A program made the position numbers and the translations under genes. Below, one piece after another: positions 19,811-27,821 of a stretch of 32,000 bases of DNA (position 1 is the stretch's first letter; the number at the start of each line of letters is the position of its first letter). Origin of the DNA: Breznakia sp. PF5-3 (GTDB taxonomy: Bacteria > Bacillota_I > Bacilli_A > Erysipelotrichales > Erysipelotrichaceae); assembly GCF_029504745.1 (NCBI RefSeq), contig NZ_JAQFIQ010000012.1, forward strand, positions 21,268-53,267, written 5' to 3'. Under the pieces are notes generated by a model, which saw nothing but the letters and a program-made list of their open reading frames with translations, was not told the DNA's origin and searched no databases.

Positions 19811-20302
19811 ATGGAAAAAGCTTTAGTAGTTATCGATCTTCAAAATGATATAACAAAAAATTATAAGGAAATAATTGAGAATGTAAACAATTCTATTGAT
19901 TGGGCACAAAGAAACAATCTTCATGTAGTCTATATAAGACATCATAATTTAACACCATTAACAAGAACGTTTAAGCCTGATACAGAAGGGGCAGAATTAG
20001 TTTCAGACTTAGAGGTTGTATCAGATAATATCTTTATTAAATCAAAAGGAAATGCACTCAGTAGTAAAGAATTTTCAGACTTTATAAATAAACATGAGAT
20101 ATCTGAGTTTTATATCACCGGAGCAGATGCAGTTGCTTGTGTGAAATCGACTACTTACAACATGCGTAAAGCAGATTATAAAGTGAATGTTTTAGCAGAC
20201 TGTATCACAAGTTATAATAAGAATAAAATAGAGGAAATGCTTGCTTATTATGAAAAAAAGGGATGTACTCTTCTTTCTTCGAAAGATGTAGTAGATGCAT
20301 AG
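19811..20302 (+). CDS. Isochorismatase-family cysteine hydrolase (nicotinamidase-like fold)
   Basis: 163 aa. ALVVIDLQND (catalytic Asp context), a Lys in the IFIKSKGNA region, and a Cys in ITGADAVACVKST. RBS AAGGAGG. Confidence 0.8.
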   Translation: MEKALVVIDLQNDITKNYKEIIENVNNSIDWAQRNNLHVVYIRHHNLTPLTRTFKPDTEGAELVSDLEVVSDNIFIKSKGNALSSKEFSDFINKHEISEFYITGADAVACVKSTTYNMRKADYKVNVLADCITSYNKNKIEEMLAYYEKKGCTLLSSKDVVDA

Positions 20303-20463
20303 AGAAATAGCTTTGAAGAAACTATTGATGACAAAATATCTAGGATATAAATGTAGAAGTAAGCGAATATGATATACTTATTGTAATTAAAAGTAAAATC
20401 AAGAAGCAAAGTAGAATAATAGTGAAATAAGGATTGTAGAATTTCACTAACGGAGGGGTAATA

Positions 20464-21429
20464 ATGAATATTTATAATGAAGTAATTGAAAATGGTGAAG
20501 CATGGTTGCAATATGTTGTACGAGTAAATACGCTAAAGGAGCGCAAAGAAGATTTACAGGAATTACGCAAACAAGTTATTTCTGATGATAGAATTAAAAA
20601 TTATTTAAATGATATTTCAAATTTTCATGGGATTCTAGTACGTAATCATAAGAATCCAGATTTACCAATTCATAAATTAATATTTTTATTAGATATTGGT
20701 TTAGATACGGATGTACCTGAAATACAGTTGGCAATCAATGAAATCATGGCACATAAAGATGAATATGGTGTATATCAATCATTAACAAACATTCCTAAGC
20801 ATTTTGGTGGTAGTGGAGAAGATGTCTTTAGTTGGTGTCTTTGCGATGCGCCTTTATTGTTGTATGCGTTATTGAAAGCTGGTATAGATTATGAAAACCA
20901 TATAAAACAAGGTGTGGATTACCTTTTGCAGTTTTATAAACCACAAGGTTTTCCTTGTACTGTATCGCCAGAAGCAGGTAGTTTTAGAGGACCTGGAAGA
21001 AAAGGTGATTGTTGTCCTTATGGGACTTTGTTAATGTTGCGATTGCTTTTAGCGATTCCAGAATATAAAGATTGTGACATGGTAAAAGAATTAGCAGATG
21101 TATTACTTTCTTTATGGGAGAATAGTTTAGAAAGACACCCATATATGTTTTATATGGGAACCGATTTTAGAAAATTAAAAGCACCACTTATGTGGTATGA
21201 CATTGTAAGTGTTAGTGATGTATTAAGTCAAATTGATTCAGTTAAAAAAGATAAACGTTTTATCGAAATGTTAGAAATAATTAAAAGCAAACAAGATGAA
21301 GATGGATTCTTTACTCCGGAATCAGTTTTTCAAAAGTATAAAGGATGGGAGTTTGGGCAAAAGAAACAACCTTCTCTATATCTTACCTACCGATGTCATT
21401 TGATTTTAGAAAGAGTTAAGCATTATTAA
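20464..21429 (+). CDS. Hypothetical 321-aa Cys-rich protein, possibly alpha/alpha-toroid (prenyltransferase / terpene-cyclase-repeat-like)
   Basis: RBS GGAGGGG. QW-like segments (KSKQDEDGFF, AHKDEYGVY) and Cys motifs (SWCLCDAP, KGDCCPYG). The fold assignment is by eye only. Confidence 0.5.
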   Translation: MNIYNEVIENGEAWLQYVVRVNTLKERKEDLQELRKQVISDDRIKNYLNDISNFHGILVRNHKNPDLPIHKLIFLLDIGLDTDVPEIQLAINEIMAHKDEYGVYQSLTNIPKHFGGSGEDVFSWCLCDAPLLLYALLKAGIDYENHIKQGVDYLLQFYKPQGFPCTVSPEAGSFRGPGRKGDCCPYGTLLMLRLLLAIPEYKDCDMVKELADVLLSLWENSLERHPYMFYMGTDFRKLKAPLMWYDIVSVSDVLSQIDSVKKDKRFIEMLEIIKSKQDEDGFFTPESVFQKYKGWEFGQKKQPSLYLTYRCHLILERVKHY

Positions 21430-21550
21430 TATTCAAGGATAATAAAAGAAAATTAGTTTTTTAACATGTAGTAAAGAAGCAATAAAGAAAAAAGAAAATA
21501 TTCACAAAATATAGAAAGATATCATTAAGTCAAATGATTGACAAAAAAGA

Positions 21551-21574
21551 AAAAGCCATGCGTTGGCTTTTTTG
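21551..21574. terminator. Bidirectional rho-independent terminator
   Basis: AAAAGCCA (21551-21558), loop TGCGT, TGGCTTTT (21564-21571), then TTT. An A-run lies upstream. Located between convergent genes. Confidence 0.75.
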
Positions 21575-21583
21575 ATTTATAAC

Positions 21584-22366
21584 TTATGAAGCAAGAATAA
21601 CTTTTAATCCAGCTTTTTTTAGCTGGGTAGCTTGTTCTTTTTTTATTTTATTATCTGTAATTAAGCAATCAACATTTCGTGAATCACCTAAAATGTTTAA
21701 TTCACTTATTCCAATCTTAGTGTGGTCTGCTAATAAGATTGTCTTATTAGCATGTTCCATCATTCTTTTCTTTATTGGGTTCTCAGAAGAGCCAGAATTT
21801 GTTATTAGGCCATTACAGCTAATACCATTTGGTGAAATAAAGCAAATCTCACTTTGATATTTTTTTAGGATATAATCAGATGTTTCATCATGGAAAGATC
21901 CATGATCAGAATCGTAAAAGCCACCTGCTAAATACAATTTAACAACCTCTGATTTTGATACAATGGTTGCGACATTAAATGAATTTGTTACAACGGTACA
22001 AGGAATCTTATAATCTAAGATTTTTTGTGCTAACGCCATGGTTGTTGTTCCTGAATCTAAGGTGATAATCATATTTGGCTGTATTAAGTTTTTTGCTACA
22101 TAATCAGCAATTTGTTCTTTTTCTTCTATATTTTCATTCAAACGTTTATTAATACGAGAGTTTCGAACAGTATTTTCATTAGCCACCGCTCCACCATACA
22201 TCCTTTTTAAAACCCCTTGTTTTTCAAGCGCAGCTAAATCATTTCGGATAGTAGCTTGTGAACAATTTAGTTTTGAACACAATTCTTGTAAGGTTACAGT
22301 ACCATTGGATAAGAGTAAGTTGCGAATTTCTTCATGACGTTTGTTTACTTTGTTTGAATTTTGCAT
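21584..22366 (-). CDS. DeoR-family transcriptional repressor
   Basis: The track extends to 22384. The ATG at 22366 lies 8 nt after GGGAGG. HTH_DeoR region (RHEEIRNLLLSNGTVTLQELCSKLNCSQATIRNDLAALEKQG) plus a DeoR C-terminal sugar-phosphate sensor domain. Confidence 0.9.
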   Translation of the reverse strand: MQNSNKVNKRHEEIRNLLLSNGTVTLQELCSKLNCSQATIRNDLAALEKQGVLKRMYGGAVANENTVRNSRINKRLNENIEEKEQIADYVAKNLIQPNMIITLDSGTTTMALAQKILDYKIPCTVVTNSFNVATIVSKSEVVKLYLAGGFYDSDHGSFHDETSDYILKKYQSEICFISPNGISCNGLITNSGSSENPIKKRMMEHANKTILLADHTKIGISELNILGDSRNVDCLITDNKIKKEQATQLKKAGLKVILAS

Positions 22367-22449
22367 TAATATTACCTCCCTCACATAATATCAGAAAATG
22401 GATATCAAATCTAATTTGTTGATATAAACAAAAAATATCATATAAAATT

Positions 22450-22487
22450 AGCGAAGTCAATAATAAAACTATTGACTTCGCTATAAT
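22450..22487. promoter_or_regulatory. Perfect 13-bp inverted repeat abutting a TATAAT box (candidate DeoR operator / promoter of the nagB-hxlAB operon)
   Basis: AGCGAAGTCAATA (22450-22462), 7 nt, TATTGACTTCGCT (22470-22482), with TATAAT at 22482-22487. A second IR, ATATCAA-N10-TTGATAT, lies at 22402-22425 nearer the deoR start. Confidence 0.5.
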
Positions 22488-22529
22488 GTGGTGCTATTAT
22501 CCAAGTATAGAGAGCAAGGAGGTAACAAT

Positions 22530-23291
22530 ATGAAAATTGTTCTATGTAAAGATTTTGATGATGTTAGTAGGGTTATGGCAGAGAAGGTAGTAAATTTAAT
22601 CAATGAAAAGCCGGATTTGACGTTTTGTTTACCAGCAGGGAATTCTCCAATTGGCATGTATAAGTATTTAGTAAAGATGTATCAAGATGGACAAGTAGAT
22701 TATTCTAAACTAAGAACCTTTGATATGGATGAGTATGCAGGTCTAACACCGGATGATCCGCATAGTTTTATTTATTTTATGCATTATCACTTTTTGGATC
22801 ATGTGAATGTGAATTTGGATAATGTGAAATATCCACATGCAGATGTAGAAGATTTAGATGCAGAATGTAAAAGATATGCACAAGAAATCATTGATGCAGG
22901 TGGGTTGGATATTGCCATTACTTCCATTGGAGATGATGGTCATATTGCATTTAATGAACCAAATGATTATTTGTTACCTAGAACCCATGTAGTAAAAATG
23001 GATGAAGCTACACGTAAGCAAAATGCGAATGCTTTTGCAGATTGTGCAACCGGGGTTCCTGAGTATGCAATTACTACGGGAATGGAAGAGCATATGAAAA
23101 CTAAAAATTACTTTGTAGTTTGCTCTGGAGCACATAAAGCGCCATTATTAAAAAAATTATTTGAATCAGAAAAATTAGATCCTCAATTTCCTGTTTCATG
23201 GTTAAGAATGCATCCAAATGTAGAATTTGTTATTGATGAAGAAGCAGCAAAAGATATTCCTAAAGATGTATTAGAATATTTTAGTAAGTAA
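22530..23291 (+). CDS. NagB-family glucosamine-6-phosphate deaminase/isomerase-like protein
   Basis: The track gives 22488. The ATG at 22530 follows AAGGAGG. Motifs: LPAGNSPIGMY, FDMDEY, SIGDDGHIAFNEP. Confidence 0.85.
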   Translation: MKIVLCKDFDDVSRVMAEKVVNLINEKPDLTFCLPAGNSPIGMYKYLVKMYQDGQVDYSKLRTFDMDEYAGLTPDDPHSFIYFMHYHFLDHVNVNLDNVKYPHADVEDLDAECKRYAQEIIDAGGLDIAITSIGDDGHIAFNEPNDYLLPRTHVVKMDEATRKQNANAFADCATGVPEYAITTGMEEHMKTKNYFVVCSGAHKAPLLKKLFESEKLDPQFPVSWLRMHPNVEFVIDEEAAKDIPKDVLEYFSK

Positions 23292-23303
23292 AGAGGATAT
23301 AAT

Positions 23304-23930
23304 ATGAAATTACAAATAGCAGTAGATATTGCAGATACAAATAAGGTGCTAGAAATTGCTGAAACGATTCACGATGTAATTGATATATACGAAGTTGGAA
23401 CTCCTGTGATTATAAAAGAAGGGTTAGCTCCAGTGATGAAATTGAAAGCAAAATATCCAGACTTATGCGTATTAGCAGATACCAAGATTGTTGATGGTGG
23501 AGCCATTGAATGTGAAGATGTTTGTGAAGCAGGAGCGGATATTGTTACGGTATTGGCACTGGCAGATAATGCAACAATCGAGGAAGTTGTGGAAGTGGCA
23601 CACAAATATGGACGAAAAGTACTTGCTGACTTAATTTGTGTTCATGATATAAGCAAGCGTTCTCAAGAATTATTAGCATTAGGTGTTGATTATGTTGGGG
23701 TACATACAGGTGTTGACATGCAAAAAAGTGGACGTACTCCATTGGCCGATTTAAAGACGCTGGTAGTGGATATAGAACCTTCAAAGGTAGCAGTAGCAGG
23801 AGGAGTAAATCTTGATACGGTTGCCTCATATGCGGCGCACAATCCAGAAATTATTATTTCTGGAGGGGCTTTATATAATGCACCAGATATTCGTAAAGCA
23901 GTAATGGATATGAAAGGATATATGAAGTAA
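23304..23930 (+). CDS. hxlA: 3-hexulose-6-phosphate synthase (OMP-decarboxylase-fold, HxlA/SgbH/UlaD family)
   Basis: 208 aa. MKLQIAVDIADTNKVLEIAETIHDVIDIYEVGTPVIIKEGL is a typical HPS N-terminus. Also has the LADTKIVDGG block. Confidence 0.8.
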   Translation: MKLQIAVDIADTNKVLEIAETIHDVIDIYEVGTPVIIKEGLAPVMKLKAKYPDLCVLADTKIVDGGAIECEDVCEAGADIVTVLALADNATIEEVVEVAHKYGRKVLADLICVHDISKRSQELLALGVDYVGVHTGVDMQKSGRTPLADLKTLVVDIEPSKVAVAGGVNLDTVASYAAHNPEIIISGGALYNAPDIRKAVMDMKGYMK

Positions 23931-24466
23931 TGGAAGTAAAGAACATATTAGATAATATAACAAAAGAGTTAGCACAAACGATTCATGATTTAGATGAAGC
24001 ACAATTGCAAGAACTAGAAAAACAGATTAAAAAAGCAGATAAAATATTTGTTGCTGGTGCAGGAAGGTCATTGATGATGATTCGTGGATTGGCAATGCGA
24101 TTAATGCACATGGGATTTACAGCGTATGTTGTTGGTGAAACAGTAACCCCAGCAATTGAAGAAGATGATTTATTAATTATCGCTTCAGGATCTGGTAGTA
24201 CTTCAACACTAGCTGTAATGGCAGAGAAGTGTAAAAAGACAAATGCTAAATTAGCACTTATTACTGCGAATAAAGATTCTATAATAGGTAAGTTAGCAGA
24301 TTTTATAATTGATGTGAAAACAACAACTTCTATTCAACCTGGAGGAAATACGTTTGAACAAATGGTTTTATTGCTTGGTGATGCAATTATCATTGACATT
24401 ACATCTTCTAGAAGTTTAGATGAAAATAATGCTATCTTAATGGGAAAGCATGCTAATTTAGAATAA
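23930..24466 (+). CDS. hxlB: 6-phospho-3-hexuloisomerase (SIS domain)
   Basis: 178 aa. SIS motifs FVAGAGRS and IIASGSGST. The ATG overlaps the hxlA stop by 1 nt. Confidence 0.8.
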   Translation: MEVKNILDNITKELAQTIHDLDEAQLQELEKQIKKADKIFVAGAGRSLMMIRGLAMRLMHMGFTAYVVGETVTPAIEEDDLLIIASGSGSTSTLAVMAEKCKKTNAKLALITANKDSIIGKLADFIIDVKTTTSIQPGGNTFEQMVLLLGDAIIIDITSSRSLDENNAILMGKHANLE

Positions 24467-24506
24467 TAAAATATCAAATAAATTTATTTAAGGATTAAAG
24501 TTTTAG

Positions 24507-24558
24507 ATATCTTGATAAATTCAGAATTTAAAGATAGAATTCTGAATCATAAAGATAT
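24507..24558. repeat. Long imperfect AT-rich inverted repeat (hairpin) after hxlB
   Basis: ATATCTTgataaATTCAGAAT (24507-24527), loop, ATTCTGAATcatAAAGATAT (24539-24558). No T-run follows it. Confidence 0.4.
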
Positions 24559-24588
24559 TGAGTTAATTAACTATAGTGCGTTAAAAGA

Positions 24589-24638
24589 GTAAAACAAAAA
24601 AGATTTTATCAAGTTGGATAAAATCTTTTTTGTTTTAC
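24589..24638. terminator. Perfect 22-bp-stem bidirectional terminator
   Basis: GTAAAACAAAAAAGATTTTATC (24589-24610), loop AAGTTG, GATAAAATCTTTTTTGTTTTAC (24617-24638). Overlaps the stop codon of the ATPase gene. Confidence 0.75.
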
Positions 24639-25927
24639 TTTATAGTATTGATTCCCCAAAGAGGTAGATTTAATAGCCAATTTTCTTGTTTATAGTCAGC
24701 CATTGATGTACGTATTGCAATCTCAGGCTTATATTTTTCATAAAAAACTTTTAGACTTTTTGCCTTAAGATTAGTTTCTGCTTTTACTTCTAACGGAATA
24801 ATTTTATTTTTAGCATCAAGTAAAAAATCAATTTCAGCTGTACCTCTATCATTTGTCCAATAATATGGTTCAATATTATCTAATGTTTTTAATTGTTGCA
24901 AAACATACTGCTCACTTAGTGCACCTTTAAACTCTTTAAATAGAGTATTACCGCTAATAAGAATTGATTGATCTAGATTTACAATGCAACTAAGTAATCC
25001 GACATCAAGGATAAATAATTTAAACGCCTTTAGGTCTTCATAGGCTTTCAGAGGAAGGTTTGGTGTGGTTACGCGTTGGATTTTGTAAACAAGACCACAA
25101 TCGATTAACCACATAAGTGCCATTTCATATTCTTTGGCTCTAGCACCTGTTTTAATGAGTCCATAAATAAATTTTTTATTTTCTTTAGCAAGTTGTTTAG
25201 GAATGCTATTCCACATCATTCGGATACGAGGAACAATGTCGTTTGGGGCGTGTTTAGAAAAATCTTGTTCATAAGCATCTAGGATATTCTGCTGGATAAC
25301 TCTGACTTCGTTAAAATCTCTGTTATTTACAAAATGTTGAACCGCTTCAGGCATGCCACCAACAAAATAATAATATTTAAGCAATTCAATATAGTTTAGT
25401 TTAAATGTAGTAGCCATTTCAAAATCGTTCTTATTTAATAGTTCAACATACTGTTCTTTCCCCATTGCCTGCATAAACTCATTAAACGATAGCGGATATA
25501 AGTCCATGAATTCAACTTTTCCTACAGGAAAAGATGTACCTTCGTGTAGAGCCACACCTAGTAAAGATCCTGCACAAATAATCTGATATTCACTAGCTTC
25601 TTCGTTAAAATATTTTAATGAAGATAGTGCTTGAGGGACTTCTTGTATTTCGTCAAAAATAATTAAAGTGTTTTCAATATCTATTTTGAATCCTATGTAT
25701 AGTTGGATTCCTGTTATAATTCTTTGAATATTCATATCTAAAGAAAATAATTCCTTCATTTGTGGATTGTTGTCAAAGTTAATGTAAACAGTTTTTTTAA
25801 ATTCCTTGCGTCCAAATTCTTTCATTAACCATGTTTTTCCAACTTGACGTGCACCTCGAATAATAAGAGGTTTCTTATTTTTTTTATATTTCCAATTATG
25901 AAGTTGTTCAATAGCACTCCTATACAT
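24635..25927 (-). CDS. AAA_14 ATPase fused to a DUF4143 (PD-(D/E)xK-like) domain (COG1373-type)
   Basis: 430 aa. Walker A GARQVGKT and Walker B LIIFDEIQ. The C-terminal nuclease-like motif is AEIDFLL...IIPLEVKAE. Confidence 0.85.
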   Translation of the reverse strand: MYRSAIEQLHNWKYKKNKKPLIIRGARQVGKTWLMKEFGRKEFKKTVYINFDNNPQMKELFSLDMNIQRIITGIQLYIGFKIDIENTLIIFDEIQEVPQALSSLKYFNEEASEYQIICAGSLLGVALHEGTSFPVGKVEFMDLYPLSFNEFMQAMGKEQYVELLNKNDFEMATTFKLNYIELLKYYYFVGGMPEAVQHFVNNRDFNEVRVIQQNILDAYEQDFSKHAPNDIVPRIRMMWNSIPKQLAKENKKFIYGLIKTGARAKEYEMALMWLIDCGLVYKIQRVTTPNLPLKAYEDLKAFKLFILDVGLLSCIVNLDQSILISGNTLFKEFKGALSEQYVLQQLKTLDNIEPYYWTNDRGTAEIDFLLDAKNKIIPLEVKAETNLKAKSLKVFYEKYKPEIAIRTSMADYKQENWLLNLPLWGINTIK

Positions 25928-25973
25928 TTAACATCACCTCTTTAAGGCTATTATACACTGATTATACATTTTT

Positions 25974-26040
25974 TACAACGAATAAATGTTATCATAATAC
26001 AAAAAATACAACGAATAAATGTAAAATACAACATTTATTA
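25974..26040. repeat. Direct 16-bp repeats plus an inverted repeat in the ATPase/arsR intergenic region
   Basis: TACAACGAATAAATGT occurs at 25974-25989 and again at 26007-26022, offset by 33 bp. The second copy forms an IR with ACATTTATT (26031-26039). Confidence 0.5.
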
Positions 26041-26057
26041 CGTTTTATAATTAGCAT

Positions 26058-26086
26058 TTGACATAAGCAAGAGGGTTCGCTATATT
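26058..26086 (+). promoter_or_regulatory. Sigma-A promoter of arsR
   Basis: -35 TTGACA (26058-26063), 17-nt spacer, -10 TATATT (26081-26086). Confidence 0.6.
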
Positions 26087-26109
26087 TAAAATATAAAGAG
26101 GTAATTATT

Positions 26110-26391
26110 ATGGATAAAGAAGTGATTGTGGTTTTAAAAGCTTTAAGTGATGAAAATAGAATAAAAATATTTCGTTTACTAAAAGAACATGGTGAGCGAT
26201 GTGCATGTGATTTATTAGAGGATCTAAATATTGCCCAATCAACTCTTTCACACCATATGAAGATATTAGTAGATTGTAGATTAGTGAATGCTAGAAAAAA
26301 TGGAAAGTGGATAAATTATACGATTAATAAAGAAGTTTGTTCAAAGATACGGAATGGTATTTTTGAATTATTTGATGGTTCATGTTGTTAA
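26110..26391 (+). CDS. arsR: ArsR/SmtB-family metalloregulator
   Basis: 93 aa. LSDENRIKIFRLL...ERCACDLLEDLNIAQSTLSHHMKIL carries a CxC metalloid-binding motif before the HTH. Confidence 0.9.
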   Translation: MDKEVIVVLKALSDENRIKIFRLLKEHGERCACDLLEDLNIAQSTLSHHMKILVDCRLVNARKNGKWINYTINKEVCSKIRNGIFELFDGSCC

Positions 26392-26426
26392 AAAGAAATA
26401 TATCATTTCTTTTTTTAACAAACACA

Positions 26427-26480
26427 TTGACAACTGTCGATATATCGGTATAATTTATATATCGGTAATCATCGATATAT
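26427..26480 (+). promoter_or_regulatory. Promoter overlapped by CGATATATCG-type palindromes (candidate ArsR operator)
   Basis: -35 TTGACA (26427-26432), 16 nt, -10 TATAAT (26449-26454). A perfect palindrome CGATATATCG (26438-26447) sits in the spacer. A second IR, ATATATCG-N8-CGATATAT, lies at 26457-26480. An AT-rich hairpin precedes all of this at 26387-26419. Confidence 0.55.
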
Positions 26481-26492
26481 ATAAGGAGAAGA

Positions 26493-27488
26493 ATGATGTG
26501 GAATTTTATTCAAGAACAACTTTTAGGAATGAAATGGTTAAACGACTTAATTGGCAATATACTTGTAAGTCTGGGTTTTGATATTCAAGGACAATTAGGT
26601 GGAAGTATCCAATTTTTTATCTATGATACAATTAAAATACTAGTACTGTTATCGGTTCTAATATTTGGAATATCTTATATACAGAGTTATTTTCCACCAG
26701 AAAGAACAAAAAGAATTTTAGGAAAGTTTAAAGGAATATGGGCAAATGTAATCAGTGCATTACTAGGAACGGTTACGCCTTTTTGTAGTTGTTCATCAAT
26801 CCCAATATTTATGGGGTTTACAAGTGCAGGATTACCAGTTGGTGTAACTTTTTCTTTTCTTATCTCATCACCGATGGTTGATCTAGGTTCCCTTGTATTG
26901 TTAATGTCTGTGTTTGGTTGGGAGGTTGCCATAGTATATGTCCTTGTTGGGCTTGTACTTGCTGTATTTGGTGGCTTGTTGATTGAAAAGATGGGCATGG
27001 AAAAATATGTAGAAAAATTCATTAAAGATGCGCCTAATGTGACTATTGATGATGAATCAACAACGACTAAACAAAGAATAGATTTTGCTAAAGAACAAGT
27101 AGCATCTACCTTTAAAAAGGTGTTTCCATATGTTATTGTGGGAGTAGGAATAGGAGCGATTATTCATAATGTATTACCAGAAACTTTCATTCAAAGTATT
27201 TTAGGTGAGAATAATCCATTTTCTGTAATTCTTGCTACGATTGTTGGTATTCCAATGTATGCGGATATTTTTGGAACCATTCCAATTGCAGAAGCATTAT
27301 ATGCGAAAGGTGTGGGATTAGGAACAGTATTATCATTTATGATGGCAGTAACAGCTTTATCTTTACCATCGATTATAATGTTGAAAAGAGCAGTAAAGCC
27401 TAAATTGTTGGCAACCTTTGTAGTGATTGTAGGGATAGGAATCATTTTGATTGGATATGGATTTAATACATTTCAATATTTATTTTAA
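26493..27488 (+). CDS. PF03773-type (YraQ/ArsP-like) permease
   Basis: 331 aa with ~8 TM helices. The conserved TPFCSCSS motif sits in an early TM segment. RBS AAGGAG. Confidence 0.8.
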   Translation: MMWNFIQEQLLGMKWLNDLIGNILVSLGFDIQGQLGGSIQFFIYDTIKILVLLSVLIFGISYIQSYFPPERTKRILGKFKGIWANVISALLGTVTPFCSCSSIPIFMGFTSAGLPVGVTFSFLISSPMVDLGSLVLLMSVFGWEVAIVYVLVGLVLAVFGGLLIEKMGMEKYVEKFIKDAPNVTIDDESTTTKQRIDFAKEQVASTFKKVFPYVIVGVGIGAIIHNVLPETFIQSILGENNPFSVILATIVGIPMYADIFGTIPIAEALYAKGVGLGTVLSFMMAVTALSLPSIIMLKRAVKPKLLATFVVIVGIGIILIGYGFNTFQYLF

Positions 27489-27500
27489 GGAGGAAGTAAG

Positions 27501-27803
27501 ATGAAATTATTTAATAAGAAAAAAACGGAATGCGATTGTGGTGGTAATAGTGATACTACCAACAGTGTAAAAGGGGCAGAAGTAAAAGTCTTAGGTTCAG
27601 GATGTGCGAAGTGTGTTGAGTTAGCATCAAATGCTAAACAAGCATTAGAAGAATTAGGTAGAAGTACAGACATTGAAAAAGTTACAGATATGAGTGAGAT
27701 AGCAGCATATGGTGTAATGTCAACACCAGCCTTGGTTTATCAAGGAAAAGTAGTAAGTTATGGGAAGGTATTAACCATAGAACAAATTAAGGAATTAATC
27801 TAA
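27501..27803 (+). CDS. Thioredoxin-fold 'redox-active disulfide protein 2'-like protein with an N-terminal Cys-containing extension
   Basis: The core VKVLGSGCAKCVEL...STPALVYQGKVV has a CxxC motif. The extra N-terminus is MKLFNKKKTECDCGGNSDTTNSVKG. A strong RBS AAGGAGG lies 7 nt before the ATG. Confidence 0.8.
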   Translation: MKLFNKKKTECDCGGNSDTTNSVKGAEVKVLGSGCAKCVELASNAKQALEELGRSTDIEKVTDMSEIAAYGVMSTPALVYQGKVVSYGKVLTIEQIKELI

Positions 27804-27821
27804 AAAGGATGATTATTTTAA

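Noticed and set aside
20248-20511. 87-aa minus-strand ORF across the isochorismatase / 321-aa gene spacer
   Set aside because: It overlaps the ends of two plus-strand genes. The product is a low-complexity Ile/Tyr/Phe/Ser-rich peptide with no RBS.
20464-21429. Considered calling the 321-aa protein a LanC-like lanthionine cyclase because of the WC and CC/G motifs
   Set aside because: It is about 80-100 aa shorter than LanC. It lacks the GxxHG and CHG signatures, and no precursor peptide or dehydratase gene is nearby. It is kept as hypothetical.
23369-23829. Two minus-strand ORFs (78 and 94 aa) inside hxlA
   Set aside because: They are antisense to a confidently identified gene. They arise because this gene looks locally richer in G+C by eye, so stop codons are scarcer. 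Their products are low-complexity (Ser/Thr/Leu/Pro-rich).
26354-26581. 75-aa ORF bridging the arsR end and the permease start
   Set aside because: It overlaps two well-supported genes and the intervening promoter and operator. It has no RBS.
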